64,000 bases of DNA, taken from NCBI RefSeq assembly GCF_902713615.1, contig NC_052149.1:126297256-126361255 (forward strand), read 5' to 3'. The notes under the pieces were generated by a model that was not told the DNA's origin, did no database searches, and saw nothing but the letters and a program-made list of their open reading frames with translations. The translations under genes were made by a program, and so were the position numbers. Positions 23,638-33,489 of the stretch are shown here, in pieces; within the stretch, counting starts at the first letter, position 1, and each line of letters begins with the position of its first letter. The stretch is from Scyliorhinus canicula (taxonomy: Eukaryota).

Positions 23638-25458
23638 AACCCAAAAGCTTTCTATAGGTATGTCAGGAATAAAAGAATGACTAGGGTAAGAGTAGGGCCA
23701 GTCAAGGACAGTGGTGGGAAGTTGTGTGTAGAGGCTGAAGAGATAAGCGAGATACTAAATGAATACTTTTCGTCAGTATTCACTCAAGAAAAAGATAATA
23801 CTGTGGAGGAGAATGCTGAGACCCAGGCTATTAGAATAGATGGCATTGAGGTGCATAGGAAAGAAGTGTTGGCAATTCTGGACAAGGTGAAAATAGATAA
23901 GTCCCCGGGGCCGGATGGGATTTATCCTAGGATTCTCTGGGAAGCCAGGGAAGAGATTGCTGAGCCTTTGGCTTTGATTTTTAGGTCATCATTGGCTACA
24001 GGAATAGTGCCAGAGGACTGGAGGATAGCAAATGTGGTCCCTTTGTTCAACAAGGGGAGTAGAGATAACCCCGGTAACTATAGGCCGGTGAGCCTAACGT
24101 CTGTGGTGGGTAAGGTCTTGGAGAGGATTATAAAAGATACGATTTATAATCATCTAGATAGGAATAATATGATTAGGGATAGTCAGCATGGTTTTGTGAA
24201 GGATAGGTCATGCCTCACAAACCTTATCGAGTTCTTTGAGAAGGTGACTGAACAGGTAGATGAGGGTAGAGCAGTTGATGTGGTGTATATGGATTTCAGT
24301 AAAGCGTTTGATAAGGTTCCCCACGGTCGGCTACTGCAGAAAATACGGAGGCTGGGATTGAGGGTGATTTAGAGATGTGGATCAGAAATTGGCTAGTTGA
24401 AAGAAGACAGAGAGTGGTAGTTGATGGGAAATGTTCAGAATGGAGTTCAGTTACGAGTGGCGTACCACAAGGATCTGTTCTGGGGCCGTTGCTGTTTGTC
24501 ATTTTTATAAATGACCTAGAGGAGGGCGCAGAAGGATGGGTGAGTAAATTTGCAGACGACACTAAAGTCGGTGGAGTTGTAGACAGTGCGGAAGGATGTT
24601 GCAGGTTACAGAGGGACATAGATAAGCTGCAGAGCTGGGCTGAGAGGTGGCAAATGGAGTTTAATGTGGAGAAGTGTGAGGTGATTCACTTTGGAAAGAA
24701 TAACAGGAATGCGGAATATTTGGCTAATGGTAAAATTCTTGGTAGTGTGGATGAGCAGAGGGATCTCGGTGTCCATGTACATAGATCCCTGAAAGTTGCC
24801 ACCCAGGTTGATAGGGTTGTGAAGAAGGCCTATGGTGTGTTGGCCTTTATTGGTAGAGGGATTGAGTTCCGGAGCCATGAGGTCATGTTGCAGTTGTACA
24901 AAACTCTAGTACGGCCGCATTTGGAGTATTGCGTACAGTTCTGGTCGCCTCATTATAGGAAGGACGTGGAAGCTTTGGAACGGGTGCAGAGAAGATTTAC
25001 CAGGATGTTGCCTGGTATGGAGGGAAAATCTTATGAGGAAAGGCTGATGGACTTGAGGTTGTTTTCGTTAGAGAGAAGAAGGTTAAGAGGTGACTTAATA
25101 GAGGCATACAAAATGATCAGAGGGTTAGATAGGGTGGACAGCGAGAGCCTTCTCCCGCGGATGGGTGTGGCTAGCACGAGGGGACATAGCCTTAAATTGA
25201 GGGGTAATAGATATAGGACAGAGGTCAGAGGTGGGTTTTTTACGCAAAGAGTGGTGAGGCTGTGGAATGCCCTACCTGCAACAGTAGTGAACTCGCCAAC
25301 ATTGAGGGCATTTAAAAGTTTATTGGATAAGCATATGGATGATAAGGGCATAGTGTAGGTTAGATGGCCTTTAGTTTTTTTTTTCCATGTCGGTGCAACA
25401 TCGAGGGCCGAAGGGCCTGTACTGCGCTGTATCGTTCTATGTTCTATGTTCTATGACA
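23638..25458 (+). mobile_element. Young 5'-truncated CR1 LINE
   Basis: Near-intact RT (KSPGPDGI, YMDFSKAFD, GVPQGSVLGP, FADDTK) with one frameshift near 24372 and a (CTATGTT)n tail. Confidence 0.92.
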
Positions 25459-25846
25459 CTGTTTTATCATCAAGTCGCTGTTTCCTGTCCATTTTGGCAA
25501 ATCCCAGTTTCAGAAAATTGACCTTTCCCCAATTTAAAACTTTTACTCTTGGTCTATCTTTACCCTTTTCCTGAAGTACTGTAAATCTAACTGAATTATG
25601 ATCACTATTACCCAAATACTCTCCCACTGATACCCCTTCCACCTGCCCAGATTCAATCCACAAAACTGTCCAAAACTCCCCTTCTGTTGTTGGGATTGTT
25701 CTGTACTGGTTCAAAAAGTTGCCCAGAATGGATTGTCAGAATTCCAGAACATCTATACATTGACACTGATTTTATCCCAGTGAATATTCAGGAAGTTGAA
25801 ATCATTTATAATGGCAGAGATTAAAGTTCCTTCCCTTCTCTTCCAG

Positions 25847-26175
25847 GCCGTGAGAATTCACAACCCACACTGACCCTGCTGCCCCCCTCCCTGGAGGAGG
25901 TCAAGACCAAGGGCACTGCCACCCTGGTGTGCCTTGCCAATCGCTTCTATCCCGATGAGCTGGTGGTGGAGTGGAAGAAGGATGGTGCAGCCATTTCGGA
26001 CGGGGTTCAGACCAGCAACTACCTGCGAGCTTCGGACAACACCTACAGTGTCAGCAGCCTGCTGACCCTCTCTGGCTCTGCCTGGGAGTCTAACGCCCGC
26101 TTCTCCTGTGCCCTCACCCACGTGAGCCTCTCCTCTGCCCTCAGCAAGAGCATCAGGAGATCAGAATGTGTGTAG
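25847..26175 (+). CDS. IGKC: Complete Ig light chain constant exon, copy 2, kappa/type III NS4-like
   Basis: Polypyrimidine tract plus AG at 25845-46, phase-1 start. Reads (x)RENSQPTLTLLPPSLEEVKTKGTATLVCLANRFYPDELVVEWKKDG...FSCALTH...RSECV*, with both domain Cys and the Trp intact. Confidence 0.95.
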
Positions 26176-26331
26176 AGTGTCAGAGACAGTCCACAGAGGA
26201 GACACAACTTTAAATAGAACAGGGGTGAGCTGGGAGGGCAAAGGTCATTGTCAGCACTGACTTACAACTCACTTCCTTCGCGGGACTGGGTCTGAGACAC
26301 TTCTGAGGGTCAGGGGTTAAGGCATGTTTTT

Positions 26332-26813
26332 GGGACAGTGTTGAGGGATCTTCGCTTCATATCTAACCTAGCGCTGTACCTGTCCTGGGAGTGTTTGATG
26401 GGACAGTGCAGAGAGAGCTATACTTTGTATCTAACCCTGTGCTGTACCTGTTCTGGGAGTATTGATCGGGAGAGTGTGGAGGGAGCTTTACTCTGTATCT
26501 AACCCCGTGCTGTACCTGCCCTGGGAGTGTTTGATGGGACAGTGCAGAGAGAGCTATACTTTGTATCTAACCCTGTGCTGTACCTGTTCTGGGAGTGTTT
26601 GATGGGACAGTGCAGAGAGAGCAATACTTTGTATCTAACCTGTGCTGTACCTGTTCTGGGAGTATTGATCGGGAGAGTGTGGAGGGAGCTTTACTCTGTA
26701 TCTAACCCCGTGCTGTACCTGCCCTGGGAGTGTTTGATGGGACAGTGAGAGGGAGCTTTAATTTGTATCTAACCTGTGCTGTACCTGCCCTGGGAGTGTT
26801 TGATGGGACAGTG
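26332..26813 (+). repeat. 68-bp minisatellite, 7 units, in the putative 3' UTR of copy 2
   Basis: GGGAcAGTG recurs at 26332, 26400, 26468, 26536, 26604, 26671, 26739 and 26805. Copy 1 has only one unit (339-407). Confidence 0.9.
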
Positions 26814-27027
26814 CAGACTCGTGAAGCCAAGTAAAACCTCTCTAAGATGCTGAAGACTGTCAGCTGTATAAAAATAATGTGACCCTCTCAGGGTCTGCTT
26901 CAGGAAACCAGACCTCCTTCCTGCTCACACTATAGTTACAATTTAAGGTCCAGTCACTGTTTAAAGGGACAGGATTCTCCTGTTATTGAGAAAATCTCCA
27001 CAAGGTTCTTAATAAACTTCCATTCAT

Positions 27028-29874
27028 GAACAGCCAGTTGTCATGGTGCATATAGGCACCAACGATATAGGTTAAAAAAAAGGATGAGGTCCTACAATCA
27101 GAATTTAGGGAGTTAGGAGATAAGTTAAAAAGTAGGACCTCAAAGGTAATAATCTCAGGGTTGCTACCAGTGCCACGGGACAGTCAGAGTAGAAATTCAA
27201 GAATAGTCAGAATGAATACGTGGCTTGAGAGATGGTGCAGGAGGGAGGGGTTCAGATATTTGGGACATTGGAACCGGTTCTGGGGGCGGTGGGACCATTA
27301 CAAACCGGATGGTCTACACCTGGGCAGGACTGGAACCAATGGCCGAGAGGGTGCTTTTGCTAACACTGTTGGGGAGGTTTTAAACTAATGTGGCAGGGGA
27401 ATGGGAACCAGATTAGGAAGTTAGAGGTCAGTAAAGAAGCAGCAACTAAAGCCAGTAAGGTACGAGACAATAAACTCAATGTGACTAAGGGAAAGAGTAG
27501 ACAGGGAAGAGATGATGAACGCAAAGGAACAGGTGGTCTGTCGTGCATTTGTTTTAATGTGAGAAGTGTAGCAGGTAAGGCAGATGAACTTAGGGCTTGG
27601 ATCAGTACCTGGGAATATGATGTTATTGGTATTACTGAGACTTGGTTGAGGGAAGGGCAGGACTGGCAACTGAATATCCCAGGGTATAGATGCTTCAGGA
27701 GGGATAGAGAGGGAGGTAGAAGGGGTGGAGGAGTTGCATTACTCATCAGAGATGATATCACAGCTGTGATTAAGGAGGGCACGATGGAGGATTCGAGCAC
27801 TGAGGCAATATGGGTGGAGCTGAGAAATAGGAAGGGTGCAGTAACATTGTTGGGACTTTACTACAGACCTCCCAAAAGCGAGCAGGAAGTAGAGGTACAA
27901 ATATGCAGACAGATTATAGAAAAATGTAGGAGCAATAGGGTGGTTGTGATGGGAGATTTTAACTTCCCCAAGATTGAATGGGATTCGTGTAGTGTTGGAG
28001 GCGTAGATGAAGCAGAGTTTGTAAGGAGCATCCAGGAGAGTTTTTTAGAGCAGTATGTAAATAGTCCAACTCGGGAATGGGCCATACTGGATCTGGTATT
28101 GGGGAATGATCCCGGCCAGGTGGTTGATGTTTCAGTCGGTGATTACTTTGGGAATAGCGATCACAATTCCGTAAGTTTTAGAATACTCATGGACAAGGAC
28201 AAGAGTGGTCCTAAAGGAAGAGTGCTAAATTGGGGAAAGGCAGAGTATAACAAAATTCGGCAGGAGCTAGGGAATGTGGATTGGGAGCAGCTGTTTAAGG
28301 ATAAATCCACATTTGAAATGTGGGAGTCTTTTAAGGAAAGGTTGATTAGAGTGCAGGACAGACATGTTCCTGTGAAAATGAAAGATAGAAATGGCAAGAT
28401 TAGGGAACCATGGATGACGGGTGAAATTGTGAGACTAGCTAAGATGAAAAAGGAAGCATACATAGGATCGAGGCAACTCAAAACTGATGAAGCTTTGGAG
28501 GAATATTGGGAAAGTAGCACGAATCTCAAACACGCAATAAAGAGGGCTAAAAGGGGTCGTTAAATATCTTTGGCTAACAGGGTTAAGGAAAATCCCAAAG
28601 CCTTTTATTCGTATGTAAGGAGCAAAATGGTAACTAGAGAAAGGATTGGCGCACTCAAAGACAAAAGAGGGAATTTATGCGTGGACTCAGAGGAAATGGG
28701 TGAGATTCTTAATGAGTACTTTGCATCGGTACTCACAAAGGAGAGGGACAAGACGGATGTTGAGGCTACGGATGGATGTTTAAATACTCTAGGTCAAGTT
28801 GTCATACGGAAGGGGGACGTTTTGGGTATTCTAAAGACATTAAGGTGGACAAGTCCCTAGGACCGGATAGGATCTATCCCAGGTTACTGAGGGAAGCAAG
28901 GGTTGAAATAGCTGGGGCCTTAACAGACATCTTTGCAGCATCCTTGAGCACGGATGAGGTCCCGGAGGACTGGAGAATTGCTAATGTTGTCCCTTTGTTT
29001 AAGAAGGGTAGCAGGGATAATCCAGGGAATTATAGACCTGTGAACTTGACGTCAGTGGTAGGCAAACTGTTGGAGAAGATACTGAGGGATAGGATCTATT
29101 CACATCTGGAAGAAAATAGACTTATCAGTGATAGGCAGCATGGTTTTGTGCAGGGAAGGTCATGTCTTACAAACCTAACAGAATTCTTTGAGGAAGTGAC
29201 AAAGTTAATTGATGAGGGAAGGGCTGTAGATGTCATATACATGGACTTTAGTAAGGCGTTTGATAAGCTTTCCCATGGCAGGTTGATGGAAAAAGTGAAG
29301 TCGTATGGGGTTCAGGGTGTACTAGCTAGATGGATAAAGAACTGGCTGGGCAACAGGAGACAGAGAGTAGTGGTGGAAGGGTGTGTCTCAAAATGGAGAA
29401 GGGTGACCAGTGGTGTTCCACAGGGATCCGTGCTCGGACCTCTGCTGTTTGTGATCTACATAAATGACCTGGAGGAAGGCATAGGTGGTCTGATTAGCAA
29501 GTTTGCAGATGATACTAAGATTGGTGGAGTTGCAGATAGCGAGGAGGACTGTCAGAGAATACAACAAAATATAGATAGATTGGAGAGTTGGGCAGAGAAA
29601 TGGCAGATGGAGTTCAATCCAGGCAAATGCGAGGTGATGCATTTTGGAAAATCAAATTCAAGAGCGGACTATATGGTCAATGGAAGTGTCTTGGGGAAAA
29701 TTGATGTACAGAGAGATCTGGGAGTTCAGGTCAATTGTACCCTGAAGGTGGCAACGCAGGTTGATAGAGTGGTCAAGAAGGCATACAGCATGCTTGCCTT
29801 CATCGGACGGGGTATTGAGTACAAGAGCTGGCAGGTCATGTTACAGTTGTATAGGACTTTGGTTCGGCCACATT
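27028..29874 (+). mobile_element. CR1 LINE truncated at both ends
   Basis: End of the SGNH-type ORF1, ORF2 endonuclease (CICFNVRS, GITETW, GDFN, SDHN) and RT. It breaks off at RPH with no tail. Confidence 0.92.
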
Positions 29875-30526
29875 GCTTTGTGAAATGTCCCTCCTCCCCA
29901 TCAGATGATTGGCTGCATTTCAGCAAGTGATTGTCATGATTGGCTGGTTGGCACGTCAATCAATGACACATCAGCAGAAGATTTGATTTAAAGACAATTA
30001 TCAATCATTTCAAAATGATCAGTTTTATCTGGAATCTCTGAGTTTACAAGATTCAAATCAGAAAAGAGACTGAAATTTGCTGGGATTAAATCATCACAAT
30101 CACAATTCTCCAATCCATATTCCCACCGCCCCTTGACCTGACCATCTCACGTGGTCTCACTACTCCCAGTGTTTCAATCACAGGTAAGACCATCTCTGAT
30201 CACTTCCTTGTATCACTCCCCACCCACATCCCCCTTCCACACCCCAACCCTTCTGTATCCATCCCTGGAAAAACCTATTCCCCAATTCACTTCCAACGGC
30301 ACTTTCAAAATGCCAACTATCTGTCTCTGGCCCTCCGATCACCACAACATTTCTGCAGCGACTGATTTACCCAACCTCACCCTCACCTCCACCTTTAATA
30401 TCCTCGTTCCCAATAAACCCATTCCTCTCTCTCACCGTGAACGTTCCCCCTGCTACGGCCTCATATCCACTCACTTAATCCAAGCGACGCAGGCTTGAAA
30501 GGATGTGGTGGAGAACTGGTTTATCC
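29875..30526 (+). repeat. Resumption of the duplicated C-downstream flank (paralog of 726-1376)
   Basis: Collinear alignment, roughly 90-94% identical by eye. Confidence 0.92.
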
Positions 30527-30713
30527 ATTAAGATGATCCCAGACCCGACCCCAACAGCGGCTCTGATACTGGACAGAAATATTTATATTTTAGTTTATTT
30601 GTAAGACTGAGGAATGAATGACTCGCTCTCTGAGCAATAGCATGAAAAAATAGGGCTTTGGTAATTTAAAACGTAAATGAATGTGAATGTAATATTAGCT
30701 TCTTAATTTCAGA

Positions 30714-31225
30714 GGCGGCACGGTTACGCAGTGGTTAGCACTGCTGCCTACAGTGCCGAGGACCTGAGTTTGATCCCAGCCCCGGGTTACTGTCTGTGTG
30801 GAGTTTGCACATTCTCCCCATGTCCGCGAGGGTCTCACCCTCACAACCAAAGATGTGCAGGTTAGGTGAATTGGACACTCTAAATAGCACATTAATTGGA
30901 AAAAAATAATTGGTACTCTAAATTTAAAAATAATAATAATAAGTAGGCTTACATTAACACTGTAATGTTGTTGCTGTGAAAAGCCCCTAGTCGCCACCTT
31001 CCGATGCCTGCTCGGGGACATAGAGGGAGAATTCAGAATGTCCAAATTACCTGACAGCGTGTCTTTCAGGACTTGTGGGTGGAAACCAGGGCACCCGGAG
31101 GAAATCCACACGGACACGGGGAGAACGGGGAGACTCCACACAGACACTGACCCAAACCGGGAATCGAACCTGGCACCCTGGCGCTGTGAAGCAACAGTGC
31201 TAACCACTGTGCTACCGTGCCACCC
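30714..31225. mobile_element. Tail-to-tail pair of V-SINE/HE1-like SINEs (+ 30714-30930, - 30931-31225)
   Basis: Two A/B-box heads pointing inward. TAATTTCA direct repeat at 30704-30711 and 31230-31237. Confidence 0.8.
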
Positions 31226-31879
31226 ACAATAATTTCACACCTGAAAAAAACAGTTCATAATTACCTCTTAAACACTACAACTCAGTTCCCATTAAACAAC
31301 AAGAAAAGAGACAGACAGCTCCCAATTCATCTTGATGTGGGTATGTTTCTCGAATAAACATTGATCCTCCCGTTACGTTTCAAAATGTCTCTCTGCATTC
31401 CTTGGCTCCAGCCAGCAATGGCCTCAACTACACAAAGTAAACACAAATGACTGCAGGCTGTAAAACACATTGGGTGGGATTCACCGTCGGCCGATGCCAA
31501 AATCGCCAAACACAATTGGGTGGAGAATTGCCTCCGACTCCAAAATCACGTAGGCACCGGTTTGACACCAAATCCGGATTCCCCGGCACCCCGGAAATGG
31601 CGTAAATGCAGCATTTAAACCGGTGGCATATAATTAACGGCCTGACATCTTATTCTCTGAGGCCTCCGAGATTCACCACTCCGTCAGGCTGAGTTCCCAA
31701 TGGCATGGTTCAGTTGCAGTCTCAAAAATGGTGAACCTGGCGTTGTGGCTGCTGAGAGAGAGAGAGAGAGGAGGTAGGACATGGCGTGGAGTGACTGCAG
31801 GTTGCCAGCCTGGACACCGGTCGTGCTGGCTGGGGTGAGGGGGCCCTTGCCAGGGCTGGGCAAGAAGGAGAGTAATAGG

Positions 31880-32115
31880 TTTATTTTTTTTTTAATATCA
31901 ACATAGTGTACCCAATTCATTTTTTCCAATTAAGGGGCAATTTAGCCTGGCCAATCCACCTAGCCTGCACGCCTTTGGATTGTGGGGTTGAAACCCACGC
32001 AAACACGGGGAGAATGTGCAAACTCCACACGGATAGTGACCCAGAGCCGTGATCGAACCTGGGACCTCGGCGCTGTGAGGCTGCAGGGCCAACCCACTGC
32101 GCCACCGTGCTGCCC
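31880..32115 (-). mobile_element. V-SINE/HE1-like SINE
   Basis: gggcagcacggtggcgcagtgg head, conserved core and A-rich tail. Confidence 0.85.
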
Positions 32116-32851
32116 TGGAGAGGAATCGGTTAAGCAGCCGGGTTGCCCCACCCACAGGACTGAGTCGGTGCCCAGGCACTGGCTGCCATTACAGTGGGCA
32201 TCTTGCTGCGCACCCACCTCGGCCCCTGGTTGAAGACAGTGACACTGGCCATATGGGTGCGGCCATTAACATCACACAGAGCACCGAGGCAGGTTGTAAC
32301 GTTGGCAACAGGTGCTTATTTTGAACAGTCTGTGCCCTCGCCCCTATAACTAAGCTGTGCCCTGCACCCATGCCAACTTAACTGGTGTCTAACTTTCTGG
32401 CCTTATGGGCCCTAACTGTACGCCGAGGTGGTTCCCCAGATGGTACAGCAGGAGTAGAGGCGGCCTTCTGTGACTCCTGCCCTGAGGCGAGGTCCCCGTT
32501 GGTGTGCATCTGCTGGGGCGACCCGGCCTGGATGGGCCCGGACGCTGCTCGGGTGTCCCAGGTGGAGTGGTGCTGCCCTGTTCTGCCCGCTGTCCAACAG
32601 ATGCGCAGGTGGGTGTCCGAGCTGCTGAGGTGTTCTGGCATGTCCCTTGAAGGGATCTCCAGCACGGGCCCCATCACATTCTTCTCCCTTGGGGTGCCCG
32701 ATGGCCCCCTGATACTCCATAGGACGGGGGTGAAAGCGGAGCCATCCCCTGAGCCCCCCCCCTGCCACCTGGCACAGCCAGTCCTGGAGGCCCACTCTGG
32801 TCTCGAACAGGGTCTGCACGCTCACGACATGGAGCACAGGGAGTGGCCTAC

Positions 32852-33276
32852 CTCCTTCTGGAGCTGCACCACATCAGCCAGTGACTGTGCCACCACCCTC
32901 TGGGTCTGTGTGACATCAGTCAGTGACTGCGCCATCTCCCTCTGGGTCTGTGTGACATCAGCCAGTGACTGTGCCACCACCCTCTGGGTCTGTGTGACAT
33001 CAGTCAGTGACTGCGCCATCTCCCTCTGGGTCTGTGTGACATCAGTCAGTGACTGTGCCACCACCCTCTGGGTCTGTGTCACATCAGCCAGTGACTGTGC
33101 CACCTCCCTCTGGGTCTGTGTCACATCAGTCAGTGACTGCGCCATCTCCCTCTGGGTCTGTGTCACATCAGTCAGTGACTGCGCCATCTCCCTCTGGGTC
33201 TGTGTGACATCAGTCAGTGACTGCGCCATCTCCCTCTGGGTCTGTGTGACATCAGTCAGTGACTGCGCCATCTCCC
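32852..33276 (-). repeat. 42-bp coding tandem repeat (MAQSLTDVTQTQRE, about 10 units)
   Basis: In-frame 14-aa repeat in ORF 32822-33271. Confidence 0.92.
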
Positions 33277-33489
33277 TCTTGGGCTAGGCCACCTCGCCCA
33301 GTGACTGTGCCATGCCGGCCAACGTCTGTGCAATGCTGTGGGTGGGGCATGCAGAGGAGAGCCACTGCAATGTCCAGGTGCCTGTGAGAGGGCAGCCCTG
33401 TCCTGGGCCTCGTCCCCCATCTGCACAGAATTCTCCAGGCCTTGGGCACATTGATCCATAGCCGGAACTGTCGTTACCATTGCCTCCAC

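Larger units (their letters stand above)
21300..25800 (-). mobile_element. Old CR1 LINE, interrupted by a MITE and a younger CR1
   Basis: RPQLEYCVQW, YMDFSKAFDKV and EN-region pieces (GEYLGNSDHNSVRF at 25451-25714). Confidence 0.8.

Noticed and set aside
26332-26813. RSS-heptamer-like GACAGTG in the minisatellite, and CACAGTG in SINE heads
   Set aside because: The first lacks the essential CAC; neither has a correctly spaced nonamer.
30714-30790. tRNA gene calls at SINE heads
   Set aside because: A/B boxes run into SINE cores and tails, with no cloverleaf.
30530-31470. Possible solo LTR around the SINE pair
   Set aside because: LTR-like composition, but I could not define TG...CA ends or a TSD.
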